From an uncultured Prochlorococcus sp. (GTDB taxonomy: Bacteria; Cyanobacteriota; Cyanobacteriia; PCC-6307; Cyanobiaceae), in NCBI GenBank assembly GCA_902525585.1, contig CABZHQ010000003.1, forward strand, positions 545 to 64,544: 64,000 nt of DNA, in the 5' to 3' direction. The first letter of the stretch is position 1, and each line of letters starts with the position of its first letter. The position numbers and the translations under genes were made by a program. A model generated the notes under the pieces. The model saw only the letters and a program-made list of their open reading frames with translations. It had not been told where the DNA came from and did not search any database. Below are positions 9,952 to 19,546 of the stretch, piece after piece.

Positions 9952-12234
9952 ATGAAAAAAACCCTAGCTGCTGCAAGTTTTTCAGCATTACTTGCAATTG
10001 TCGCCTCCTCTACAAGTAGCGGATTTGCAAATTGGAATACAAAATATTGGGCAAATGAAAAAAACTTCAACAGAATTTCCTCTTTTAATGTAAGTGATAA
10101 TTTACCAAAAGGATCAAAATCTACCACCAAAACTTCTTCAGAAGTTGTTACAGCATCAGAAGATGGTAAGACTTTGATGTATACAGATAGCGATCTAGGA
10201 GTAGTAGGTTTAGTTGATATCTCAGACCCTGCAAGGCCAAAAGCATTGGGAGTTGTTGAACTGGAAGCAGAACCCACTGGAATTGCGGCACTTGGGAACA
10301 ATGCTTATATAGGTTCAAATACATCTGAAAGTTATACAAATCCTTCAGGAGCATTAGTTCAATACAATTTAAAAACAAGAAAAGCAGTAAAAGAATGTGA
10401 TTTAGGTGGGCAGCCTGATAGCGTTTTTGTTTCACCAGATGGAACATTTCTAGCCGTCGCTATAGAAAATGAGAGGGATGAAGAATATAAAAATGGATTT
10501 ATCCCTCAATTAGATGATGAAGGTAAACAAATTAATCCTGCAGGTTATGTTTCTCTTGTGAAGTTAAACAAAAGAGGGAAAATACAGTGTAACTCAATCA
10601 AAAAAGTTGATTTAACAGGATTATCTGAAATAGCTCCTAGCGATCCCGAACCAGAATTCGTTGCTATTAATGATCTTGGTGAAACAGTTGTCTCTCTTCA
10701 AGAAAACAACCATCTTGCAGTAATTGATAAAGATGGAAATGTAATATCACATTTCTCGGCAGGAGTTGTAAAACAAATGGCAGGAATGGATACAAAGAAA
10801 GATGGAGCACATAAATTTAAAAGCAAACTAAAGAATGTAAGAAGAGAACCCGATGGTCTTACTTGGATTGATAATGACCATTTTGCAACAGCAAATGAAG
10901 GTGATTACAAGCATATTGATCCAAATCAGGCAAAAAGAGGTGGTTCAAGATCCTGGACTATTTTTAAAAAAGATGGAACAGTAGTTTATGAAGATGCAAA
11001 TAGACTAGAAAGAGCAATTGCACAAATAGGTCATTTCCAAGATGGGAGAGCAGGTAAAAAGGGAGTAGAACCTGAGTCAGTTACATATTCAAAAATTAAT
11101 GGAACGCCCTATTTATTTGTTGGTGCTGAACGAGCTGGGATAGTAGCTGTTTACGATATCACAGAGCTAAATCAACCTTTACTTACTCAACTACTTCCAT
11201 CAGGCATTGGACCAGAAGGATTTGTTGCCATCCCAGAAAGAGGTTTAATTGCCTCAGCAAATGAAAAAGACTACAACAAAAAAGAACCTGGTTTATCTTC
11301 TCATGTGACTATTTATCAACTACAAGATGCTCCAGCTTCATACCCACATTTAACAAATGAAAATGGCCTTGAATTTGTATCTTGGGGTGCGATAAGCGGA
11401 ATGGTGGCTGGTGATGACGGTAAGATTTATGCTGTAAATGATGGGACTTTTAAAACTCAGCCAAGAATTTACGTTATTGATCCTTCATCTTCGCCAGCAC
11501 TATTAGAAAGAGCTATAGATATAAAGCTAGATGGTAAGACTGCATTATTTATGGATCAAGAGGGTATTACTACTGATGGTAATGGTGGATTCTACATTTC
11601 TACTGAAGGAATCAAGAAAAAGCTGGATGAACATCCTCCTGCAATCTACCATGTAAGCTCAGATGGTGAAATTTTAGAGAAGATAACTCCACCACCTTCA
11701 TATCTTAATTATGCTAAAAATCCTGGTTTTGAAGGCATAACAAGGAATGGGGATATTCTTTATATTGCTCAACAGAAGCCTTGGGGTGATGATACTTTCA
11801 ATACTACTAAGATCCTTTCCTATAATTTAAAAACCAAACAGTGGGGGGCCGTAAATTATCAATTAGATAGGATCAAAAAGGGTGGCGTTGGCATTTCAGA
11901 ATTGACTTACCATGACGGGGCACTTTATGTAATCGAAAGAGATAGTTTCTATGGAAAGAAAGCAAAATTGAAAGCTATATATAAAATAGATTTAGATGAT
12001 GTTATTTTCGAAGGTCTTCAAACTAATATTCCTCCAAGACTTTATCCATTAGTTGAAAAAGAGTTAGTTACTGATCTAAAACCAGTAATGAAATCAACGG
12101 GTGGTTTTATCCTCGAAAAGGTTGAAGGCTTAGCAATAACAAGCGACGGGCAAGCATGGATTTCAACTGACAACGACGGGACTGGAAAGAAATCAACTGG
12201 TGAAACTCTTTTCCTAAATATTGGGAAAATCTAG
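9952..12234 (+). CDS. phoA: Secreted atypical alkaline phosphatase (beta-propeller plus phytase-like esterase domain)
   Basis: Signal peptide; PEPEFV, ANEGD, KGVEPES, GPEG, FEG, DNDG motifs; position in the Pho island. Confidence 0.8.
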   Translation: MKKTLAAASFSALLAIVASSTSSGFANWNTKYWANEKNFNRISSFNVSDNLPKGSKSTTKTSSEVVTASEDGKTLMYTDSDLGVVGLVDISDPARPKALGVVELEAEPTGIAALGNNAYIGSNTSESYTNPSGALVQYNLKTRKAVKECDLGGQPDSVFVSPDGTFLAVAIENERDEEYKNGFIPQLDDEGKQINPAGYVSLVKLNKRGKIQCNSIKKVDLTGLSEIAPSDPEPEFVAINDLGETVVSLQENNHLAVIDKDGNVISHFSAGVVKQMAGMDTKKDGAHKFKSKLKNVRREPDGLTWIDNDHFATANEGDYKHIDPNQAKRGGSRSWTIFKKDGTVVYEDANRLERAIAQIGHFQDGRAGKKGVEPESVTYSKINGTPYLFVGAERAGIVAVYDITELNQPLLTQLLPSGIGPEGFVAIPERGLIASANEKDYNKKEPGLSSHVTIYQLQDAPASYPHLTNENGLEFVSWGAISGMVAGDDGKIYAVNDGTFKTQPRIYVIDPSSSPALLERAIDIKLDGKTALFMDQEGITTDGNGGFYISTEGIKKKLDEHPPAIYHVSSDGEILEKITPPPSYLNYAKNPGFEGITRNGDILYIAQQKPWGDDTFNTTKILSYNLKTKQWGAVNYQLDRIKKGGVGISELTYHDGALYVIERDSFYGKKAKLKAIYKIDLDDVIFEGLQTNIPPRLYPLVEKELVTDLKPVMKSTGGFILEKVEGLAITSDGQAWISTDNDGTGKKSTGETLFLNIGKI

Positions 12235-12246
12235 TTAAAACTACTA

Positions 12247-12280
12247 AAAAAAGTCACCTTTTATAAGGTGGCTTTTTTTT
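12247..12280 (+). terminator. Intrinsic terminator after phoA
   Basis: AAAAAAGTCACCTT-tta-TAAGGTGGCTTTTTTTT. Confidence 0.8.
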
Positions 12281-12310
12281 GCAGTTCTTATAATTAAAAA
12301 AAGTTAAATC

Positions 12311-12637
12311 ATGAAATACCTTATATTTATTACTTTATTCATCGCCCCAGTCAAAGCTGAAACAAAATATTATTGGCAGGGTGTCAGGCATTATTTAAAT
12401 AGACCCAAACTAATGATAGAAGCATGCAAAGATATGAAAGAAGAAAATGACATTGGAACATCTGCTTTCGAGAGTATGTACATGCCAACATTACCTGATA
12501 GGCTTTGGTTAGCTATTGGCAAAAGAGATTCTTATTGGGCAGATGACTCAAAAGAAGGAAGCATTCTTTTTACAAGAGAAGGGGTTTTGAATTTAAAAAA
12601 ATTTATTGCAGAAAAATCATGTCCTAATATTTTTTAA
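12311..12637 (+). CDS. Hypothetical secreted protein
   Basis: 108-aa ORF with signal peptide and a Cys pair. Confidence 0.6.
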   Translation: MKYLIFITLFIAPVKAETKYYWQGVRHYLNRPKLMIEACKDMKEENDIGTSAFESMYMPTLPDRLWLAIGKRDSYWADDSKEGSILFTREGVLNLKKFIAEKSCPNIF

Positions 12638-12644
12638 ATTTTCC

Positions 12645-13805
12645 CTATAAATCTGTATTAAGACACGGAAAGATAGTTTCAATAATCGCTCCACCATCTT
12701 TATGATTAAATGCCTTTATAAAACCTTTATTGTTATTAATTATTTTTTTTGTAATTGAAAGACCTAAACCACTTCCACTTTTCTTAAATTTAGTCCTTGA
12801 TGGATCCCCACGATAAAAACGAGAAAAAATGTCATTTGATTCATTTTCTTCTAATCCAATACCTTTATCTCTAACTCTTATAACAACAGAGCTAGTTCTT
12901 TTAAAAATTTCAATTTGTATGCCCTCTTTTGTTGGGGAATAACGAATAGCGTTATCTAAAATATTTATAAATGCTCTTTTTAAATTTTCAATATCCCCAG
13001 ATATATAATATTTTGTTGGAGAAAATAAATTTATTTTTATATCCTTTTTTTCTGCAAGCGGTTTTAGTGTTTGCCAAGATTCCATAATCAAATCTGAAAT
13101 AGATATTTTTTTGTTTTTATTAAAATCTTCGTTACTTTCTAGCTTAGAAAGCTCTAAAGTCTCTTCGGCCATTTTTCTTAATCTTTTTGACTCTTTCTTA
13201 AGTCTTTTAACAAGATACCTATCCTTTTTTGATACTACTGATTCAAGTCTTTCCCCAATTAAGATAAGTGATGTAAGAGGAGTTTTCAGTTCATGAGACA
13301 CATCATTAATTAATTGATTTTGTCGTTTTTTTATCGATTCAATTGATAATTTACTTTCCAATAATATTAAATAATTCTTTTTCCTTCCTCTAACAATATT
13401 TACCGAAATGGGTACTCCCGCAATTATGAAATCAAGGTTGAATGGGAAATCTTTTTTTCTTAAATATAGAATTTTATTACTAAGTACTTCAAGCTCATTA
13501 ATATCATTAATTGCTTTTCCAATAACATCTTTATATTTGATAACCCTAATAAGAGATAAAGCTTTCTGATTGATAAATTTTATTGTTAGATCAGATGATA
13601 AGATTATCCACCCTTGCGATGAATAATCTAACCAAGACAACACTTCTTGAGGTTTAATTTTATCAAATGGGAAATCAATAGTTTTTTTATACTTATTTTT
13701 ATCAACTTCAAATTTTTTTTCTTTTGATTGAGAAAAATGCTTGACTTTTATTTTCCACTTCTGATGTAAAAAAAATAATACTTCTTGTAGTGTTTTCATT
13801 TTCAT
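12645..13805 (-). CDS. phoR: Sensor histidine kinase PhoR
   Basis: SHELKTPLT H-box plus N, G1, F and G2 boxes; overlaps phoB. Confidence 0.92.
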   Translation of the reverse strand: MKMKTLQEVLFFLHQKWKIKVKHFSQSKEKKFEVDKNKYKKTIDFPFDKIKPQEVLSWLDYSSQGWIILSSDLTIKFINQKALSLIRVIKYKDVIGKAINDINELEVLSNKILYLRKKDFPFNLDFIIAGVPISVNIVRGRKKNYLILLESKLSIESIKKRQNQLINDVSHELKTPLTSLILIGERLESVVSKKDRYLVKRLKKESKRLRKMAEETLELSKLESNEDFNKNKKISISDLIMESWQTLKPLAEKKDIKINLFSPTKYYISGDIENLKRAFINILDNAIRYSPTKEGIQIEIFKRTSSVVIRVRDKGIGLEENESNDIFSRFYRGDPSRTKFKKSGSGLGLSITKKIINNNKGFIKAFNHKDGGAIIETIFPCLNTDL

Positions 13806-14530
13806 CCAAACTTATAGCCAAAACCTCTTACAGTTTTAAGAAACTTTGGAGCTGAGGGATCTTCTTCTAATTTCTCTCTGAGCCACCTTACATGAACATC
13901 TACAGTTTTAGTATCACCAATAAAGTCAATTTCCCATATTTTTTCAAGTATTAAATCCCTTGACCATACTCTTTTTGGATTTTTCATAAATAACTCTAAT
14001 AATTTAAATTCTTTTGGAGATAATGTTATTTCTCTATCAAAAGAAGTTACTCTACATTCTTCCAAGAACATTTTTATATGATTAAACTCGAGAACAGTTT
14101 TTGAGTTTTCTATATATTTTTTATTACGTTTAGATCTTCTTATTAATGCTCTAGATCTAGCAATTAATTCATTTAAACCAAAAGGTTTTGTTAAATAATC
14201 ATCTGCACCAACCTCTAATCCAAGAACCCTGTCTGATTCATTATCTTTAGCACTCAAAATTAGTATGGGTGTATAGTCTTCATCATTTCTTATTTTTCTA
14301 CATAACTCTAATCCATTTAGTCCTGGCAACATTAAATCTAGAATTATTAGGTCAACATCTTTTTTAATATCATTATTAATAAAATCTAAGGCACTTAAAC
14401 CGTCTTTGAAACTTGATACTTTGAAACCTTCGCTGATCAAGGTTTCACTGACAGTAAGCCTAATACTCTTATCATCCTCTACAAGAAGAATTCTTGAGTC
14501 TTGCAAACTTTTATGATCTTTAATAGCCAT
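13802..14530 (-). CDS. phoB: Response regulator PhoB
   Basis: OmpR-type receiver domain and winged helix (TVDVHVRWLREKLE, TVRGFGY). Confidence 0.93.
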   Translation of the reverse strand: MAIKDHKSLQDSRILLVEDDKSIRLTVSETLISEGFKVSSFKDGLSALDFINNDIKKDVDLIILDLMLPGLNGLELCRKIRNDEDYTPILILSAKDNESDRVLGLEVGADDYLTKPFGLNELIARSRALIRRSKRNKKYIENSKTVLEFNHIKMFLEECRVTSFDREITLSPKEFKLLELFMKNPKRVWSRDLILEKIWEIDFIGDTKTVDVHVRWLREKLEEDPSAPKFLKTVRGFGYKFG

Positions 14531-14674
14531 TTAAAGTTCCAACAATTTTATTTTATATAATCAAAATTATTTGATCTAATTATTTCATAATTACTTTACA
14601 TTGAGACCTTATTTTTTTATTTGATCTTATTTTCTTTTTAATTTACCCTTAAACTTTTTTAATTAAATTTTAGA

Positions 14675-14715
14675 TTGTCTCTTTAATTTCCTCACACAAA
14701 ATTTTAAAGAGACAA
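14675..14715. ncRNA. Hairpin with a Yfr1-like CCTCACAC loop (candidate sRNA and/or terminator)
   Basis: 12-bp stem TTGTCTCTTTAA/TTAAAGAGACAA; loop contains TTCCTCACAC. Confidence 0.4.
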
Positions 14716-14745
14716 ATTTATTGAATTTAATAATAGATATTAAAA

Positions 14746-14913
14746 CTAATATCCCATCGAAGTGTAATAATAATCGTCATCTTCATCTATATTTGTTACA
14801 ACCCATTCTGGCGGAAAGTCACCAATTTTTACAAATTGATAAAGCTTATCAACATCTGGATCGTAATAAGTATCGTTGATTTTTGGATCTTTGACTACTT
14901 TGCTCGGATGCAT
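14746..14913 (-). CDS. 55-aa microprotein (MHPSKVVKDPKINDTYYDPD...), missing from the ORF track
   Basis: Translated by hand; close paralog at 27444-27608. Confidence 0.8.
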   Translation of the reverse strand: MHPSKVVKDPKINDTYYDPDVDKLYQFVKIGDFPPEWVVTNIDEDDDYYYTSMGY

Positions 14914-14953
14914 AAAAAAAATTATTTCTACTCTTTTTTTATAGATTATTTAG

Positions 14954-14981
14954 TTTAAAGCAGCTTTAAATCTCATTTAAA
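14954..14981 (-). promoter_or_regulatory. Three TTTAAA units at 11-bp period (Pho/OmpR-type site)
   Basis: An identical 27-bp block also lies upstream of the paralog at 27650-27676. Confidence 0.55.
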
Positions 14982-15010
14982 TATTTTCATTTGATCTAGT
15001 TAACATAGGA

Positions 15011-15433
15011 CTAATTTAACTTGTAATTAGTCTTGATTGTTTTAATTACCGATTTTTTCGGATCTTTATTTGGATAACAATTAACAATTCTATATTTACC
15101 ACCTTTTCTATCTGTCTCAACGAGAGTAAATTGAACAAATTTTTCTTTTTCAACATTTGAAAAATCTTTGACTTCTATTTTGATGATTTCTTCATTTTCA
15201 CTTTCAATTATTCTGGATTTACCTCCACAAATACGAACAGCAGTTTCTTTAGTTACATAAAATAATTTTTTTTCATCATTAATGGATGATTCACCTTTCG
15301 TGATCGAAATTTCATCTTTTGTAATGGATAAATCATCTTGGGTAATGGATAAATCATCTTGGGTAATGGATAATTCATCTTTTGTACTGCAAGAAGTAAT
15401 AATAAGGATAAATAAAACCAGTAGCTTTTTCAT
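15011..15433 (-). CDS. Hypothetical lipoprotein with 7-aa tandem repeat
   Basis: Lipobox ITSC; four copies of (K/Q)D(E/D)(L/I)SIT. Confidence 0.7.
   Translation of the reverse strand: MKKLLVLFILIITSCSTKDELSITQDDLSITQDDLSITKDEISITKGESSINDEKKLFYVTKETAVRICGGKSRIIESENEEIIKIEVKDFSNVEKEKFVQFTLVETDRKGGKYRIVNCYPNKDPKKSVIKTIKTNYKLN
15299..15383. repeat. 21-bp tandem repeat, about 4 copies
   Basis: Repeated gtaatggataaatcatcttgg units. Confidence 0.9.
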
Positions 15434-15439
15434 GATTTT

Positions 15440-15592
15440 TTAGATGATAAATTCACTTGTAATTGCTTTTAATTGTTTTTTATTTAGTTGGGTAAGATAG
15501 CTATAAATTTCTTTTCTACATAATCTGTCTTCAACTCTTTTAGTTTGAAGAATCGAAAGAGTGATAAAGTTAACAAGTTGTTTTTTATCCAT
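15440..15592 (-). CDS. 50-aa microprotein (MDKKQLVNF...), missing from the ORF track
   Basis: Translated by hand; similar to 41230-41382. Confidence 0.65.
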   Translation of the reverse strand: MDKKQLVNFITLSILQTKRVEDRLCRKEIYSYLTQLNKKQLKAITSEFII

Positions 15593-15804
15593 ATATATTT
15601 TCTAAATCCCTATTGTTAAATCATATTTAAATTTTGATTAAGCTAAGAAATAACAACAAATATCTATTTTAGAAATTTAAGCCATTTAAAAAAAATTTAT
15701 TTTTTACTTAATAACTTCTTAATCAAATAATCTTACGTTATACATAAGTTTTCTATATTTTTACGCCTCAAATATTGAAGACAATCATATAAAAAAAATA
15801 ATAA

Positions 15805-16059
15805 ATGATTATAAAAAATTCACCTTCTCCCAAAAACTCAAATCAAGCCCAAGAAATAGGGCATATCAAATATTCTTATAAAGAAAGTTTTAAAAGAGAA
15901 AATAAATCTATTTTGGATGATTCGGAATTTATTGAAAATTACAATAACGCCCTTAAATCACCACAATCAAGAAGATTGTATAAAGATACAGAGAATGAAA
16001 TTCATTTGGACTCAATTGAGGCCCAGAATATTTTACCTCTAGATAAAATTTCTATTTAA
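15805..16059 (+). CDS. Hypothetical protein
   Basis: 84-aa ORF only. Confidence 0.5.
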   Translation: MIIKNSPSPKNSNQAQEIGHIKYSYKESFKRENKSILDDSEFIENYNNALKSPQSRRLYKDTENEIHLDSIEAQNILPLDKISI

Positions 16060-16138
16060 AATTTTATTAAAAACTACTTTTAAAGATTTTTTAAATATAT
16101 CTTAAATCCGACCTTTTTTTTTAATGTTAGCTTACTTC

Positions 16139-16196
16139 TACGTTCATCCAATTTATTTGGACGCATGAAATGAGAATAGGGAACGGGATTCTCATT
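16139..16196 (+). ncRNA. Downstream-peptide (glutamine-II) riboswitch
   Basis: CGTTCA-TCCAA/TTGGA-CGCA, then stem ATGAGAAT/ATTCTCAT with a GGAACGGG loop able to pseudoknot with CGTTC; short ORF follows. Confidence 0.8.
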
Positions 16197-16210
16197 AACT
16201 GCATAAGATC

Positions 16211-16381
16211 ATGAATGAGCTCTCTCAAATAAGAGAAAAAATTACAAGAGCCAAGAGGCTTTATGAAGCCCAAATCTTGGCAACTAAAAATGGAGAAGTT
16301 ACTCCATATAGAAGATCAGTCTTTGAAGAAAGAATTAGGGAAGCACAAAAAGAAATGAGAACGCAAGACACCAAAAAATAA
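16211..16381 (+). CDS. 56-aa basic peptide downstream of the riboswitch
   Basis: Translated by hand: MNELSQIREKITRAKRLYEAQILATKNGEVTPYRRSVFEERIREAQKEMRTQDTKK. Confidence 0.7.
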   Translation: MNELSQIREKITRAKRLYEAQILATKNGEVTPYRRSVFEERIREAQKEMRTQDTKK

Positions 16382-16397
16382 ATTCTTTTGTAAAAAT

Positions 16398-16646
16398 CTA
16401 TTTTGTATCAGCTACATTCTTGAAGAAATCACAGTAAGCCATTAATTCTGATTCTGTTTCAATTTTTAGATTTAAATCATTAATTGCTTTCTTGGTATCA
16501 ATTCTGTAGCCATACCAATCTAGACAAACTTCTCTCTGCTTTTGGGTTTCAGAAACCTTTTGAGTACCTATTTTGTTTGGGTTACTAGTACAACTCGCAA
16601 GGAAAATAGTTGAGAGAGCTAGTAGTGGGAATAGTAGTCTTTTCAT
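16398..16646 (-). CDS. Hypothetical lipoprotein
   Basis: MKRLLFPLL...LASC lipobox. Confidence 0.7.
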   Translation of the reverse strand: MKRLLFPLLALSTIFLASCTSNPNKIGTQKVSETQKQREVCLDWYGYRIDTKKAINDLNLKIETESELMAYCDFFKNVADTK

Positions 16647-16649
16647 TTG

Positions 16650-16955
16650 TTAATCACAACAATTCTCCGTTGTTGCTGAAAAAGTCCAAGATGATTCTTC
16701 CATTGTTGATAAGTCAACTCTATGAGTTGCCATCCAGTCACCATTAGCTTCTACAAACTTTTGAACATTTCCTTCTGGAGCTTGATGAATAACAATAACT
16801 TTTTGAGGATCTTTCTTACTTACTCCTCTAAAAAGTGGCTTAATATCAAATTCTGAATGCCTTTTATCTGCTTCTGCACTATCAAATATTGCTGCCCATT
16901 CATCGAAAGTGCTTTCAATTCTAAAAGTAAAAACAGATGTTATAGAACAAGACAT
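16650..16955 (-). CDS. DUF3764-like protein
   Basis: TF.I..TFDEW...FDS, PLFRGVS..DP.KVIVIHQA motif. Confidence 0.7.
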   Translation of the reverse strand: MSCSITSVFTFRIESTFDEWAAIFDSAEADKRHSEFDIKPLFRGVSKKDPQKVIVIHQAPEGNVQKFVEANGDWMATHRVDLSTMEESSWTFSATTENCCD

Positions 16956-17007
16956 AATAAAGATATTGTTTGTATATATAAAATAAATCTATTTTATTAA
17001 GGCTTGG

Positions 17008-17568
17008 TTAATTATCTTTAAACGGAATTAAAATACCTTTTTTTTCAAATTTGAGCCAACCTTTTTTTTCTAGTATTTTAAAATTTCTTGTTACGGTTAC
17101 TCTTGTTGAAGAAATTGAATTACCAATAATTTTATGGGTAAAATTAAATTCTTTTAAATTTAGATAAATATGTTTATCTTTTTTTAAGCCAATAATTGAA
17201 GATAAGTATAAAAGAAATTCTTTTAGTTTTTCTTCTGATTTTTTTATATTACTTATTAATAAAAGTTTTTCCAATTGATCAATTCTTTTTAGACTTTTTG
17301 TTAATAAGTCTGTAGATGAAAAAAATAGCCCTCTTTTAATTGTTTTAATTTCGCAATTTGTCAACGCAATTAATTTAATATTTTCGTAGTTACATAATTC
17401 CAAATTTATTACAACATTTTCATTTATTATCCCAACAATAATTTTCTTATTCTTGATTTTTGATTGCATTATTAATATTCCTGATTTGACTTCTAGAATT
17501 GTATTTTCTTTAAATTCTATATTTTGCTTTTCAGGAATTATCATATTTATTTCTCCAAATGCTTTCAC
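17008..17568 (-). CDS. ptrA: Crp-family phosphate-stress regulator PtrA
   Basis: Crp HTH (TH..IG..ISSTRVTVTR); location in the Pho island. Confidence 0.7.
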   Translation of the reverse strand: MKAFGEINMIIPEKQNIEFKENTILEVKSGILIMQSKIKNKKIIVGIINENVVINLELCNYENIKLIALTNCEIKTIKRGLFFSSTDLLTKSLKRIDQLEKLLLISNIKKSEEKLKEFLLYLSSIIGLKKDKHIYLNLKEFNFTHKIIGNSISSTRVTVTRNFKILEKKGWLKFEKKGILIPFKDN

Positions 17569-17656
17569 CCTAAATTTATAAAGTTAAAAATAAATTAAAA
17601 ATTATTTAATTCCCTGGTCAAATCTGATTAAAAATTGACTAACTCAAAATAAAAAA

Positions 17657-17697
17657 ATTAATCAGAATTTAAACTCTTTTTGGGAAAAAGTTAATCT
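17657..17697 (+). promoter_or_regulatory. Pho-box-like repeats upstream of the island phnD
   Basis: ATTAATC, TTTAAAC and GTTAATC in 11-bp phase at 17657, 17668 and 17690. Confidence 0.45.
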
Positions 17698-17737
17698 CTT
17701 TAGAGCAGCTTAAATATGGAGAATAAATTCAACACTT

Positions 17738-18736
17738 ATGAGAAATTTTTTAAAGATAGTCTTAGGGCTATCAATAATCAGTACAAGTATTTCAAGTTGT
17801 GGAAACAAATCAAATGATTTAATTGGAGATTTAGATTTATCTGATTGCAATCCAAATAATACTGTTGACAGCAAATATTGTGATCGAGATGGAGATTTTC
17901 TCGCAGACCTACCCCTTTCCGAAGATGAATGGATAGATCCTGAAACCATTGTGTTCTCATATACACCTGTTGAAGACCCCTCCGTTTATGCAAAAGTTTG
18001 GGAAGATTTTGTAATACATATGTCTAAGGTGACTGGTAAAAAAGTCACTTTCTTACCAGTTCAATCTTATGCTGCTCAAGTTGAGGCAATGAGATCTGGA
18101 CGTCTTCATGTAGCAGGAATTAATACTGGAAGCAATACAGTGGCAGCAGCATGTGCAGGAGCAGTTCCATTTGGAATGATGGCTAAAAAAGATTTATCTT
18201 ACGGTTATGAAATGGAAATTATTGTTCCTTCTGATAGTCCAATTAATTCTCCTGCAGATTTAAAAGGTAAAAAAGTTACATTTACATCTAAGACATCTAA
18301 TTCAGGATTTAAAGCACCATCGGCCATTCTTAAAGGAGAATTTGGTCTTGAGGCAAATAAAGATTTCACCCCAGTCTTTTCTGGCAAGCATCAAAATTCA
18401 ATAATGGGTGTTGCAAACAAAGATTATGAAGTAGCACCAATTGCTAACTCAGTTCTTACAAGAATGGATGCAAGAGGTGTTGTTGATTCTTCTAAAATAA
18501 GAACTATTTATAAATCCCAAACCTTCCCAACGACAGGTTATGCTCATGCTCATAATTTACATCCAGCTGTAGTTGCAAAAGTAAAGCAAGCTTTTTACAC
18601 CTATAACTGGGATAATTCAACATTAGATAAAGAATTTAAAAAGGCTGATAGATTCATTTCAATAAGTCACAAGCACGATTGGGATGTTATTAGAAAAATA
18701 GATAAGGCTAATGGTGTTGTTTATGATTGCAAATAA
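17738..18736 (+). CDS. phnD: Phosphate/phosphite/phosphonate ABC substrate-binding lipoprotein (island copy)
   Basis: Lipobox ISSC; Y...VEAMRSG, TSNSGF, FSGKH motifs. Confidence 0.85.
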   Translation: MRNFLKIVLGLSIISTSISSCGNKSNDLIGDLDLSDCNPNNTVDSKYCDRDGDFLADLPLSEDEWIDPETIVFSYTPVEDPSVYAKVWEDFVIHMSKVTGKKVTFLPVQSYAAQVEAMRSGRLHVAGINTGSNTVAAACAGAVPFGMMAKKDLSYGYEMEIIVPSDSPINSPADLKGKKVTFTSKTSNSGFKAPSAILKGEFGLEANKDFTPVFSGKHQNSIMGVANKDYEVAPIANSVLTRMDARGVVDSSKIRTIYKSQTFPTTGYAHAHNLHPAVVAKVKQAFYTYNWDNSTLDKEFKKADRFISISHKHDWDVIRKIDKANGVVYDCK

Positions 18737-18767
18737 AAATTTTTAATCATAAATAAAATCAGACTTA

Positions 18768-19535
18768 ATGCTTAAAACAATAAACCTCAAAAAGGTTTAT
18801 CCAAATGGTGAAGAGGCGCTTAAAGGAATAAACCTGGAAATTCCTAATGGGCAAGTAGTTGCTCTTATCGGTCCTTCAGGTGCTGGTAAAAGTACTTTTA
18901 TTAGAACAATAAATAGATTAGTTGAGCCCACTTCAGGGAAAGTTTATTTCGCTAATGAAAAAAATGACATTACTTCTTTAAATAAATCTAAATTAAGAAA
19001 AATAAGAAGACAAATTGGAATGATTTTCCAGGAATTTGCTTTGGTAGAAAGATTAAGTGTAATGGAAAATGTGCTTTCGGGTAGATTAGGTTACGTAGGA
19101 TTTTGGAATAGTTTTTTCAGGAAATTTCCTCAAAAAGATATTGAAGAAGCATTCCGTCTGCTTCAAAGAATTGGACTACAGCATATGCTTGATAAAAGAG
19201 CCGATGAATTGTCAGGAGGGCAGAGGCAAAGAGTAGGAATTGCTAGAGCTTTGATACAAAATCCAATGTTACTTTTAGTAGATGAACCTACAGCTAGTTT
19301 AGATCCCAAAAATTCCAGGCAAATTATGCGATTAATATGCGAGTTATGTAAGGAAAGAAATCTTGCTGCGATTATAAATATTCATGATGTTTTTCTTGCT
19401 CAGAATTTTGCAGAAAGAATAATAGGTTTAAAAGCTGGAGAAATTGTTTACGATGGCAAGCCAAGTGGCTTATCAGAGACAATACTTACAAAAATATATG
19501 GAGAAGAAGACTGGTCTAAAACTGTAGCAAATTAG
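18768..19535 (+). CDS. phnC: Phosphonate ABC ATPase
   Basis: [34 protein letters not shown]. Confidence 0.9.
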   Translation: MLKTINLKKVYPNGEEALKGINLEIPNGQVVALIGPSGAGKSTFIRTINRLVEPTSGKVYFANEKNDITSLNKSKLRKIRRQIGMIFQEFALVERLSVMENVLSGRLGYVGFWNSFFRKFPQKDIEEAFRLLQRIGLQHMLDKRADELSGGQRQRVGIARALIQNPMLLLVDEPTASLDPKNSRQIMRLICELCKERNLAAIINIHDVFLAQNFAERIIGLKAGEIVYDGKPSGLSETILTKIYGEEDWSKTVAN

Positions 19536-19546
19536 GAATATATTAA

